Positions 23,901 to 34,822 of a DNA stretch of 64,000 nt are shown one piece after another. The DNA comes from Macrostomum lignano. Taxonomy: Eukaryota. The notes below the pieces were generated by a model. It was not told the origin of the DNA. It saw only the letters and a program-made list of their open reading frames with translations, and did not search any database. The translations under genes and the position numbers were made by a program. How positions within the stretch are numbered: the stretch's first letter is position 1; every line of letters begins with the position of its first letter. The stretch spans positions 372,001-436,000 of the forward strand of contig NIVC01000095.1 in assembly GCA_002269645.1 (NCBI GenBank), given 5' to 3'.

Positions 23901-26900
23901 AGCGCCATACTCGAATACACGGCCGCTCGGTGGGCTTTCGATGACCTTGGCCTTGACCGCTGGCCACTGTTAGCCCGTCTGAGTGAACTGAGAGACTGCG
24001 AATTCGAGACGGGGTTGTTGATAAGGAAATTGGATTTGAGAATTATGAGTGTAGAGTGTTACACTTCCTGTAAAAAAGACATAAAAGTGTTAATGTACTA
24101 CTCACATATTTTATTCAGTAGTATACTAAGTAGCATGTATAAAGATATGCGCTGAACCATACATGTATTTTAATCAACCAATCAAAAGAGAGAAAAGTCG
24201 GTCATGCTATTTTTGGCAACCAACCAATCACGCGTGACCTACAATTGTCAAGTTAAACCCCACCTGCGATTCATCATTTGGCTTGCACCCGGTTTGCACC
24301 CGGATGAACTAATCAAAGTCTACCAGCTATGGTAACCAATCATGCGCTTTTACAGTAGACTAGTTGCGCAACTTTCTACCCTGTCATGCTTGACAGCCAC
24401 CGAATCGTGACCCTTTGACATTTACGAAAAAGTGATGGACGAAGTCGAGAGAGGTTCATTTGCCTATAAATACAAGTGGTCCGGAACGGACCCGGAGCCA
24501 AGAAACCGGTCTCCGGAAGGAGAAGGAGCTCCGAAGAGGAAGCTTTAGTCAAGACTTCCTAGATCAACTCGAGACTCGGTCGAGTGACTTGCGGTAAGCC
24601 TTCCTTATTTGCGCCCGTTGTTGTTGAGTCGACTCACTTGTGATATAGTGTTGAGTCTGTTGAGACATTTGAGTCCATTCGAGACTCCATTGGCTGTAGT
24701 CGCCCGAAGGACTACCCTAGTAGATCTTAGAAGATCTGCTAGAGAATACCGGAGCTATACCTAGAGTGCATAGAGGCACTGCTAGAAGAAGGAGGCCTAT
24801 ATTGAACCGCAGTTGGCGCAGGGTACCCATTCTAATTCGAAGCTTCCCATTGGTCCGAACGACAGATACCGGCCGGCGAGAAACAAAGAAGAAATCGGAC
24901 CAGAGCAACAGAGTCTTCCGGAAGATAAACGAGATCTACGGATCCACTGAGAGACCTATTGCGAGAACTACTTGAGGAAGAGAACAGCTCAACCGGATTT
25001 AAGGTAATTGAGTACCTGCAGTTGACTTACTGGGTTGCCTAGCTACAGAGCTAGAAGTGATTGTTCCTTGATTACAGTTGAGGATTGGTAATAAGGAACA
25101 CATCATGAATTGGGATTCAAGAATTATGAATTGGGATTCAAAAACTATGAATTGGGATTCGAGAATTATGAATTGGGATTTGAAAATTTTGAATTATGAT
25201 TCGAGAATTATGAATTGCGATTTGAGAATTATTGAATACAGTCATAGGAGTGAACAAAAAGGATATAGAAGTCTCACCACTGCACATCCGCTGTGTGCTC
25301 TCGGTAGTGCCGCTGCTGATTCTCCTCCAGGTTGAGGATAACCACCAGGTGGCCGCTAAAGTACACAATCTCCTGCGTGCGCAGCGCGTGGATGTTGCTG
25401 CGACAGTCGTTGCCACGGTAACCGTATCTGTGAAGGAACATGTGACGGGACATTGGGGCACCATGTTTGGGGAGCAAAATTTATAATGAAAACAGGCTGA
25501 ATTTTCTGATTTCAAAACTGGGATTTCAGAGCACAAATCCCAATCCCAAATCCCGATCCGGCATCCCATTGATCTGAGATCCCAGATTCCAAATCCCGAT
25601 CCGAAATCCCAGATTTCAGATCCCTACTCCCAGATCTTAAATCCCCGATCTCACATTCCAGATCCCAGATCCCAAATACTACAGGTGGAACAAAAGTCTT
25701 GTCGTCAGTACCTCTAGACAAGCAAACCGGTAAAAACATGAAATATTTTAACTCTAATCAGTAGCGCAGTGTCCATTGTCTGCAATCACGCGCTGGCAGT
25801 GGTCCATGAGCAGATCCACCTGGTCTCGGACGGGCACTTTCGGAGATGCTCCGCAACACCTGCAACGAGGCCTCTTCAACCTCTTGACAGCTGTTGAAGG
25901 TCATGCCGCGGTGTGCGTTCTTCAGCCAGAGGAACAGAAATCGGTTACGCAGGTTCAGATCGGGACTGTAGGGGCTCTTCCAAATTACGGTGACAGAGGA
26001 ATCCCTGAAAGAGTCGTGCAACATGCGGCCGAGCATCGTCCTGTCAGGCTCCAGCTTCGACTGCGCTTTTCCTTAGGCTCGTTGCATGCCCTATAGACAC
26101 TCAATGGTTTTAAGTCTGACTTTGAGTGAGTTTTTCTCGTAGCAAGCCAGTTTTTTAGCAGCTGTTTTGTTTATGACCATTTTTGATTTGAGTGAAAAAT
26201 ATGGAATAATAGCTATTTTTAGCAGAGCTATAGCTTAAACGGCAAGACTTGTGCGCCACCCGAGTACCTATCCCACATTTCAGATCCCAGATCCCAACTC
26301 CCAGATCCCAAATCCTGATCCCACATCACAGATCCCAGATTTCAGATCCCAGATCTCAGATCCCAACTTCCAAATCTATGACCTCAGATCACGGATATTA
26401 AGTCCCAAATACAATTCCCAAGACTCTAAATTCTAGATCCTAAATTTTAGGTTTCACATCCTGAATCCTAAATCCCAAAACCAACACCCAAATCCCAAAT
26501 CCCACATCCCCAATTCCATATCTCAGATCCCAAATCCGAAATTCCAAGCCTGAAATCCCAAAAAGCTCCGCAAACAGAACCTACACCCAGTCCAGTTGCA
26601 GTCGCTGATGCGGCAGGTCGTTGACGCGGACCCGGGCTCGAATCCCGACGGGCAGACGGCCACCCGGACGCTGCCGCGGACTCGAGCGGTCATCGCGCCA
26701 GCTGGCAGCGGGCCAATCTGTTCCACCTCCTCGACGTCGTTTGCCGACTTGTTGGCAGCAGGCGGCGTCTGTCGCGGCGGGGACCGCGGCGTCGCCGTTG
26801 CTTTAAGCTTAGGAGTCGGCGGAGTGGGCGCGCCGAGCAGGCGGTTGGGGCTGGCGGAGTTCGGCCGCGTCGCCGACGAACTGGCAGAGGCGGCTGACGT

Positions 26901-28314
26901 CGGCCGGTTTCGGTGCGCCGGAGACGGGGCGGGCGACGAGGCGGCGGTTGGACTGCCGGATTTGCCGCCGCCGCCGCCGCCTGAGCCGGCACCTGATGAT
27001 TCGGAGGAAGTCGAATTAAAATTCGAAACTGAAAACTTCGGTTGCGCTCAGCGCTTTCTGGGATGCGCTGTGGATGTCTGAGAGGATCGGCTGGTGAGCT
27101 GGGGAGGTCAAAAGTAAAGCCTGGATGTCGGTAGGAAAGCCTGAGGATTGGGATGAGCGGCAGTGAGTGCCTGGATCCGAGGGGGGCGGTGGCCCAGCCA
27201 GAGAATCTTTCTATTTCTCAAAGGAATACTTGACAAAGTTGACATAATTTTTCAAGTAGAAAATAGGCTTTAATGTGACGATACAAGCGTGTTGAACTTA
27301 CCGAGTCGAAAGAATAACTCCAGTGCTTTCATTTCTAAATATTATGTAAATTAATTGGATCTTGAATAAACTAGCTTTTGTTGTAAATATCAAGAACACA
27401 ATATAGCCTTTTTAATAGGATTAGAGCAAATAAAAAATCTTTATAAAAGACGTAAAGTACATGTATGAATGTAAGTGTCGTGGGCTGCCTGGCGCAGTGG
27501 GGCTGAGTGTCGTGGGGTGATTGGAGCTTAAGGGCCGAAGTGGCGTGGAGTGGAGCACGCCAATGTGGTTGGGTGTCGTGGGGTGTTGGGCGCTGTGTGG
27601 TAGAGTGTTGTGGAGTGGCGGGTGCAGTGGGGTTGAGAGTGTTGTGGGGTGGCGGGCGCAGTGCGGTTGAGAGTGTTGTGGGGTGGCGGGCGCAGTGCGG
27701 TTGAGAGTGTTGTGGGGTGGTGGGCGCAGTGGGGTTGAGAGTGTTGTGGGGTAGTGGGCGCAGTGCGGTTGAGAGTGTTGTGGGGTGGCGGGCGCAGTAG
27801 GGTTGAGAGTGTTGTGGGGTGGTGGGCGCAGTAGGGTTGAGAGTGTTGTGGGGTAGTGGGCGCAGTAGGGTTGAGAGTGTTGTGGGGTGGTGGGCGCAGT
27901 AGGGTTGAGAGTGTTGTGGGGTGGCGGGCGCTTCGTAGTGGGTCTTGAATTGAGAGGGCTCTGGGATGGAGGCGGCTCTCTAACTTGTGTTATCTGTGGC
28001 CTCGAGGGCATGGGGAAATGACGGCACTTATAAGTGTTAGTAAAATATAAAAGTTTCTTTTATCAGACAACACCATTTTCGTGAGCAATAAAATGCACAA
28101 ACTTACTCTTTATGCCTCTGAGTAGAGCGGCTTTTCCATTTTTACTGGCATCCGAGACGCCACTTTCTCCACCGCCTCCGCCTCCCTCGTCCATCTGGAG
28201 CTGCTGTTGCGTCGTCGTCAGCGGTGACGTCACACGAATGACGTCACCCGACGAGGACAGAAGGCTGTTAGCAGCCTGCTGCGCGGCGGCCGCCTTCAAA
28301 GCGTCCTCTCGTCG
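14993..28314 (-). CDS. EML: Echinoderm microtubule-associated protein-like (EML/EMAP), single HELP + WD40 (TAPE) domain type
   Basis: Phase-consistent exons (minus): 28314-28107, 27028-26585, 25427-25278, 23995-23818, 21556-21185, 20853-20434, 20279-20117, 18847-18641, 17752-17657, 17573-17440, 15115-14993 (stop TAA). HELP motif LPHQRLQLDWV|YGYRGNDCRSNIH and WD repeats (LVTGDSNGNVYVW, LLTGGRDGALRCW, HLMSIGGRDACIMQW). One 1-bp deletion near 26628 must be assumed. True start unresolved. Confidence 0.9.
15491..16512 (+). mobile_element. LTR-retrotransposon-derived insertion (Gypsy-like LTR, 1022 bp) with internal tRNA-Leu primer binding site
   Basis: Termini TGTAG...TTCA; 4-bp TSD CTAG (15487-15490 and 16513-16516); TATAAA at 15985; TGGTGGCAGCGGTGGGATT at 16440-16458 is complementary to the tRNA-Leu(AAG/TAG) 3' end AATCCCACCGCTGCCA-CCA as I recall it. 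Confidence 0.8.
15790..15990 (+). promoter_or_regulatory. LTR U3 enhancer/promoter: E-box, duplicated AP-1/CRE-MEF2-AP-1 module, TATA
   Basis: CACGTG 15791; TGACTCA 15830; CTAAAAATAG 15842 and 15925; TGAGTCA 15856; TGACGTCA 15914; TATAAA 15985. Confidence 0.55.
18912..19982. repeat. 30-bp minisatellite (AACATCAAAGGACTACCGCTACCGTTCTAT)n with 36-bp variant and 372-bp higher-order duplication, EML intron
   Basis: Visible periodicity; near-identical ORFs at 19107 and 19479. Confidence 0.95.
20893..21140. repeat. G-rich ~30-bp repeat (GGGGAAGGGGTGTCGGATTGGGGTGGTGGC), EML intron
   Basis: Visible; multiple GGGG runs. Confidence 0.85.
22145..22346. repeat. ~21-bp repeat (GGCGGAGATTCCAGTTGAAGG), EML intron
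   Basis: Visible periodicity. Confidence 0.85.
22382..23705 (+). mobile_element. Tc1/mariner DNA transposon, DD37E (TRT-like), full length 1324 bp
   Basis: Perfect 27-bp TIRs CTGGGTGATTGGTAAAAATCTGGACAT (22382-22408) and its complement (23679-23705); TA TSD at 22380-22381 and 23706-23707. Confidence 0.95.
22536..23589 (+). CDS. DD37E transposase, ~351 aa if two 1-bp deletions near 23371 and 23408 are repaired
   Basis: N-terminal HTH and GSGRP motif; catalytic MDDESYF, FWPDLASCH, and after frameshift NPPNVPQLRPIENFWG(M)LKQKVY; 37 residues between second D and E; TGA 23587-23589. Confidence 0.88.
24050..25105 (+). mobile_element. Probable solo LTR (1056 bp), EML intron
   Basis: Termini TGTAG...CATCA, like the 15491 element; flanks TGAG/TGAA (4-bp TSD with one mismatch); the same GAATTATGA-type intron repeat lies on both sides; CCAAT boxes and GCCTATAAATA at ~24462; 3' terminal hairpin. 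Confidence 0.6.
25105..26560. repeat. Degenerate GAATTATGAATTGGGATT and CAGATCCCA/AAATCCCA short-period intronic repeats flanking the EML HELP exon and the mariner remnant
   Basis: Visible at 25105-25240, 25500-25680 and 26270-26560. Confidence 0.7.
25682..26264 (-). mobile_element. Internally deleted mariner-family element (~583 bp) with transposase C-terminal remnant
   Basis: TA flanks at 25680-25681 and 26265-26266; imperfect TIRs (CAGGTGGAACAAAAGTCTTGTCGT vs complement CTCGGGTGGCGCACAAGTCTTGCCGT); minus ORF contains SPYSPDLNLRNRFLFLWLK, a mariner YSPDL-type motif. Confidence 0.75.
27590..27925. repeat. G-rich 34-bp minisatellite (GGGCGCAGTGCGGTTGAGAGTGTTGTGGGGTGGC), EML intron
   Basis: Visible periodicity. 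Confidence 0.9.
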
Positions 28315-28709
28315 CTTTGAAAAGCAATAAAATAGAAGTTGTTACAGTTTTTTATCGAAATAAACAGCATATTTGTAAATAAATTTTTCTAGGAAATTGA
28401 GCTCAGTATATCAAAAATAAAATCAAATAAAATTAGATTACATACGAGCTATAAAAAGTTCATTCGCTTGCAAAAAATAACTTATAAGAAGGTATAACTG
28501 TACCTGAAGTACACAGGGTTACATCTAGCAAATTAAGCTTTAATAACAATAACCAAAAAACTTATATTATCCGGACCAACTGAAGCAAATTATAAAACTG
28601 AATAGGTGGTTGTGCTGTAAATACCTGTACGAGCGCATTGCACCAGGTCCAGAACGGTAATAAACGTATGAGCTATAGGTATTGTTATGGAAATGTGGCA
28701 GCTCAGCAA

Positions 28710-30593
28710 ATGAGGATCTGGGAGGCTGGCCCAGCAACTGAGAATCTGGGAGGCTGGCCCAGCGACTGAGGATCTGGGAGGCTGGCTCAGCAACTCAGGA
28801 TCTGGGAGGCTGGCCCAGCAACTGACACTCTGGGAGGCTGGCCCAGCAACTGAGGATCTGGGAGGCTGGCCCAGCGACTGAGGATCTGGGAGGCTGGCCC
28901 CGCAACTGAGGATCTGGGAGGCTGGCCCCGCAACTGAGGATCTGGGAGGCTGGCCCAGCAACTGAGGATATGGGAGGCTGGCCCAGCAACTGAGGAGCTG
29001 GGAGGCTGGCTCAGCATCTCAGGATCTGGGAGGCTGGCCCAGCAACTGAGGAGCTGGGAGGCTGGCCCAGCAACTGAGGATCTGGGAGGCTGGCCCAGCA
29101 GCTGAGGATCTGGGAGGCTGGCCCCGCAACTGACACTCTGGGAGGCTGGCCCAGCAACTGAGGAGCTGGGAGGCTGGCCCCGCAACTGAGGATCTGGGAG
29201 GCTGGCCCAGCAACTGAGGATCTGGGAGGCTGGCCCCGCAACTGAGGATCTGGGAGGCTGGCCCAGAAACTGAGGATCTGGGAGGCTGGCCCCGCAACTG
29301 AGGATCTGGGAGGCTGGCCCCGCAACTGAGGATCTGGGAGGCTGGCCCAGCAACTGACACTCTGAGAGGCTGGCCCAGCAACTGAGGATCTGGGAGGCTG
29401 GCCCAGGAACTGAGGATCTGGGAGGCTGGCCCAGCAACTGAGGAGCTGGGAGGCTGGCCCCGCAACTGAGGATCTGGGAGGCTGGCCCCGCAACTGAGGA
29501 TCTGGGAGGCTGGCCCCGCAACTGAGGATCTGGGAGGCTGGCCCCGCAACTGAGGATCTGGGAGGCTGGCCCCGCAACTGACACTCTGGGAGGCTGGCCC
29601 CGCAACTGACACTCTGGGAGGCTGGCCCAGCAACTGAGGAGCTGGGAGGCTGGCCTCGCAACTGAAGATCTGAGAGGCTGGCCCAGCAACTGAGGATCTG
29701 GGAGGCTGGCCCAGCAACTGAGGAGCTGGGAGGCTGGCCCCGCAACTGAGGATCTGGGAGGCTGGCCCCGCAACTGAGGATCTGGGAGGCTGGCCCCGCA
29801 ACTGAGGATCTGGGAGGCTGGCCCCGCAACTGAGGATCTGGGAGGCTGGCCCCGCAACTGACACTCTGGGAGGCTGGCCCCGCAACTGACACTCTGGGAG
29901 GCTGGCCCAGCAACTGAGGAGCTGGGAGGCTGGCCTCGCAACTGAAGATCTGAGAGGCTGGCCCAGCAACTGAGGATCTGGGAGGCTGGCCCCGCAACTG
30001 AGGATCTGGGAGGCTGGCCCCGCAACTGAGGATCTGGGAGGCTGGCCCAGCAACTGAGGATCTGGGAGGCTGGCCCCGCAACTGAGGATCTGGGAGGCTG
30101 GCCCCGCAACTGAGGATCTGGGAGGCTGGCCCCGCAACTGACACTCTGGGAGGCTGGCCCCGCAACTGAGGATCTGGGAGGCTGGCCCAGCAACTGAGGA
30201 TCTGGGAGGCTGGCCCCGCAACTGAGGATCTGGGAGGCTGGCCCCGCAACTGAGGATCTGGGAGGCTGGCCCCGCAACTGAGGATCTGGGAGGCTGGCCC
30301 CGCAACTGAGGATCTGGGAGGCTGGCCCCGCAACTGAGGATCTGGGAGGCTGGCCCCGCAACTGAGGATCTGGGAGGCTGGCCCCGCAACTGAGGATCTG
30401 GGAGGCTGGCCCCGCAACTGAGGATCTGGGAGGCTGGCCCCGCAACTGAGGATCTGGGAGGCTGGCCCCGCAACTGAGGATCTGGGAGGCTGGCCCAGCA
30501 ACTGAGGATCTGGGAGGCTGGCCCCGCAACTGAGGATCTGGGAGGCTGGCCCAGCAACTGAGGATCTGGGAGGCTGGCCCCGCAACTGAGGAT
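28710..30593. repeat. Second array of 28-bp family A
   Basis: Same unit and orientation as 11158-13962. Confidence 0.97.
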
Positions 30594-30731
30594 CATGCTG
30601 CCCGTTCAAATAATACCAGAGGCATTTAAAAACTTAGGATAAACGCAGACAGTCTGAGCAATCTAAGCCAGATTTCAGCTCCTTTGGCAGCAAACTCTAG
30701 AGGGAGATCGGCGGCGGTGATTTGCTTGCAT

Positions 30732-33700
30732 CTATTTAATCATTTTCAGTAATTCATTCAGCGGTGCCACCTGCGGCTGCTGCGACTGCGACTTCTTTAA
30801 CTTGCTGAGCAAACTGGAGTTGCCTGAAGCAGCAGATGTCTCATTGCCAGCCTCTTTAACCGGGTCCATATTTCGCGCCTGAATATTGCAGTATTCGTGC
30901 ATTGACTTATATCCTTAGTTCAATAGACTCTTTGGCTATTTTAGTCAGGCAAAATGGATCGGAGAGTTTCATATTTTAGCCTAAATTTTATAAGAATCCA
31001 TTGGCGAGTTTCCTAGAAATTTAGCCTAAATTTTATAAGAATCCATGGGCGAGTTTCCTAGAAATTTAACCTAAATTTTATAAGAATGCATTGGCGAGTT
31101 TCCTAGAAATTTAGCCTAAATTTTATAAGAATCCATTGGCGCGTTTCCTAGAAATTTAGCCTAAATTTTATAAGAATCCATTGGCGCGTTTCCTAGAAAT
31201 TTAACCTAAATTTTATAAGAATCCATTGGCGCGTTTCCTAGAAATTTAGCCTAAATTTTATAAGAATCCATTGGCGCGTTTCCTAGAAATTTAACCTAAA
31301 TTTTATAAGAATCCATTGGCGAGTTTCCTAGAAATTTAGCCTAAATTTTATAAGAATCCATTGGCGCGTTTCCTAGAAACTTAGCCTAAATTTTATAAGA
31401 ATCCATTGGCGCGTTTCTTAGAAATTTAGCCTAAATTTTATAAGAATCCATTGGCGAGTTTCCTAGAAATTTAGCCTAAATTTTATAAGAATCCATGGGC
31501 GAGTTTCCTAGAAATTTAGCCTAAATTTTATAAGAATGCATTGGCGAGTTTCCTAGAAATTTAGCCTAAATTTTATAAGAATCCATTGGCGCGTTTCCTA
31601 GAAATTTAACCTAAATTTTATAAGAATCCATTCGCGCGTTTCCTAGAAATTTAGCCTAAATTTTATAAGAATCCATTGGCAAGTTTTACTAGAAATTTAA
31701 TCTAAATTTTATAAGAATCCATTGGCGAGTTTCCGAGAAATTGCCTGTCGATGCAAAAATAATAAAGAGAAGAAGTTTTTAAAAGACAAACTTTTGGTTT
31801 CTTTATGCTTCCATTCAGTGGAAATCGTTCCTTCACGGAGCTGCAATGTGATATGCTTTGGGACAAATGTGGTACCACTCAGTCCAATACTATTTCACCC
31901 TACGCCGTCTGCCTCTCCCCTCAACCTCTCTCTTCTGCCATTCCCCTCTTTCCCCTCTTGCCTCTCTTCACCCTTCCCCTCTCCCCTCTACCCTCTCTTC
32001 CCTCACCTTCGCTCCCCTCTACCCTCTCTTACTTCTACCCTCTCTTCCCTCACCTTCGCTCCCCTCTACCCTCTCTTACTTCTACCCTCTCTCCCCTCTC
32101 CCCTCTCTCTCCTCTCCCCTCTATTCCCTCTCCCCTCTCTCCCCTCTACCCTCTCTTCCCTCACCTTCGCTCCCCTCTACCCTCTCTCCCCTCTACCCTC
32201 TCTCCCTCTACTCTCTCTCCCCTCTCCCCTCTCTTCTCTCCCCTCTCTCCCCTCTACCCTCTCTCCCTCTACCCTCTCTCCCTCTACCCTCTCTCCCCTC
32301 TCCCCTCTCTCCCCTCTACCCTCTCTCCCCTCTACCCTCTCTCCCTCTACCCTCTCTCCCTCTCCCCTCTCTCCCCTCTCCCCTCTCTCCCCTCTCCCCT
32401 CTCTCCCCTCTCCCCTCTCTCCCCTCTCCCCTCTCTCCCCTCTACCCTCTCTCCCCTCTACCCTCTCTCCCTCTACTCTCTCTCCCTCTCCCTCTCTCCC
32501 CTCTCCCCTCTCTCCCCTCTACCCTCTCTCCCTCTACCCTCTCTCCCCTCTCCCCTCTCTCCCCTCTACCCTCTCTCCCTCTACCCTCTCTCCCTCTCCC
32601 CTCTCTCCCTCTACCCTCTCTCCCTCTACTCTCTCTCCCCTTTACCCTCTATTCCCTCTCCCCTCTCTCCCCTCTACCCTCTCTTCCCTCACCTTCGCTC
32701 CCCTCTACCCTCTCTCCCCTCTACCCTCTCTCCCCTCTACCCTCTCTCCCTCTCCCCTCTCTCCCCTCTCTCCCTCTCCCCTCTACCCTCTCTCCCCTCT
32801 CTCCCCTCTACCCTCTCTCCCTCTACTCTCTCTCCCCTCCACCCTCTATTCCCTCTCCCCTCTCTCCCCTCTACCCTCTATTAGAGTACAGAGAAATTAC
32901 TTATTATAAGAAATAGTAAACGCAAAAAGTACAATGAAACCAAATTAATGCTGACAATAAAAGCAAGCATCTACCTTCCAAGCCAAACTCTTCAACTTGC
33001 TCTGCATCTCCATTCGAGCAGTGGTTGGCGTGTTCTGCTTCTCCGGGCCACCCGAGGCGCGTCGGGCACGTGCTCGAAGAATGTCTCCTGGGCCCGTTCG
33101 AGAAAACTGGTGAACTCGGGCCAGCTGAGGTTTGGTTGCAAATTGTCAGATTATTTGGCTTGTTTGAGTCAGTTCTGACCGTTTTGTTTGAGCCATGCAG
33201 CTCACCTGATGAAATCGTTTCTCTCTGGATCGCACCGTTTCAGCAGACTGTTGAACACGGCTCCGTACACCGGGCAGTCGTGCTTGGCACAGGATTCCAC
33301 AATCTTCGCATGCAGATTGGCATTTGGATAAATGCAGATTGTCCAATACCTGTCTTATAACTCTGGCTACACCTTTCCTTACCCTTCTTCCCACCTCTCT
33401 CCCACACCTCTCCCCAGATCTCTCCCCAGATCTCTCCCCACCCTTCTCCCTACCCCTAACCCTTTTCCCACCCTTCCTCCACATCTCTCCTTAAATCTCT
33501 CCCTACCCTTCTCCCCACCACTCTCCCCACCCCTCTCCCTACCCCTACCCCTCTCCCATCCCTCTCCCCACCCCTCTCCCCATCCCTCTCCCCACCCCTC
33601 TCCCCATCCCTCTCCCCACCCCTCTGCCCACCCCTCTCCCCATCTCTCCTTAGTCGCCGTACCTCAGCCCTGGCGATGCGACCCCTCTTGTCCGTGTCAC

Positions 33701-34822
33701 GCTGCTGCAGGTCGGCTTTCAACGCCGGGATGTCAAAGTAGTTGTGATGCGTCACAAAGTGCTCAACCGCTCGCATCACCAGCTCTTGGTCGCGGTCGTC
33801 CTCTCGCAGCATCTCCGTGGTGGTGATCTCGGTCTCCTGGGCGGCCTCGACGCTGTCTCGCCGGGTCATTCGGTGCGCTTTGCCCAGACAGTCGGCCAGC
33901 TTCTCGTAGTCAATGACGCCGGTCTCGCCGTTGTCAACGTCGCAGGTTCGAGCCAGGAGGCTCTGAAGTCGATCGTTCAACGGCAGCTTCTGCTCCGTCA
34001 CCAGGCGTTGGAGTTCGGCTTTGGCCAGTTCGCCTTCAGAGCTGGCCGCGGTGCGCAGAGCCGTCAGGAAGGAGCGCAGCTTCTGACGACTGACCTCGCG
34101 AAGTGACTGCACCAGCAGACTGCGAAGGTTGTGATCGGTTTTCTGGCGCTCCTGCTCCGCCACTGCGCCGTTGCGATTGAGCAGGCTGAGTGAGCTGCTC
34201 ACTGCTCCGTGGGCGAATGTGGGTTTCAGTGTCAGCGTTAGTGTCAGCATTAGTGTCAGCATTAGTGTCAGCATTAGTGTCAGCATTAGTGTCAGCATTA
34301 GTGTCAGCATCAGTGTCAGAATTAGTGTCAGCATTAGTGTCAGCATTAGTGTCAGCATTAGTGTCAGAATTAGTGTCAGCATTAGTGTCAGCATTAGTGT
34401 CAACTAAAAACTAAAACACACATCATATGCATTATGAACGGGCCTCTTTTTTCTCACATGAAAACTGTGACCCACTGCCAGACAGGGCGGTGCCCCGCGA
34501 CGCAGTCTCGTGTTTGAATTGCAATTTGCCGCCGCCGCCACCAGCGGCTCTTGAAGTCGAAGCCGATGCCGCGTCTCCGCCTGCGTCGTTTGCAGCGGCT
34601 GAAGCCGACGAAGCCAGCGGATCGGACGACTGACGAGTCGATTTGGCTGACAATCGTTGAGCTCTGGCCGATTTCTGCTGCTGCTGGGCTTGCATGGATT
34701 TCGCAGTCCCTGGCCGGCTGCTGCTGGCCGATCTCTGCTGCTGCTGGGCTTGCATGGATTTCGCAGTCCCTGGCCGGCTGCTGCTGGCCGAGCTCGACGC
34801 GGTGGGCATGTCGAATCGAAGT
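30732..34822 (-). CDS. EF-hand-like protein, C1orf87-like; may be the N-terminal part of the EML transcript
   Basis: Exons (minus): 34822-34458, 34201-33663, 33303-33206, 33124-32975 (needs +1 base near 33046, otherwise TGA at 32992), 30878-30732 (stop TAG) or 30878-30771 (GTGGCA donor). EF-hand-like segments [52 protein letters not shown]1orf87 similarity is from memory, not from a search. Confidence 0.65.
30976..31732. repeat. 45-bp minisatellite (TTAGCCTAAATTTTATAAGAATCCATTGGCGCGTTTCCTAGAAAT)n, ~17 units
   Basis: Visible periodicity. Confidence 0.95.
31912..32882. repeat. ~970-bp polypyrimidine tract (CTCTCTCCCCT/CTACCCT units)
   Basis: Almost only C/T on the plus strand. Confidence 0.95.
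33385..33650. repeat. C-rich low-complexity intronic tract (CCCTCTCCCCAC)
   Basis: Visible. Confidence 0.85.
34224..34402. repeat. 12-bp tandem repeat (TAGTGTCAGCAT)n, intronic
   Basis: Visible periodicity. Confidence 0.93.

Noticed and set aside
26596-27081. Plus-strand ORFs over GC-rich exons (also 20461-20869, 33744-34106, 40268-40570)
   Set aside because: Antisense shadows of real minus-strand coding exons.
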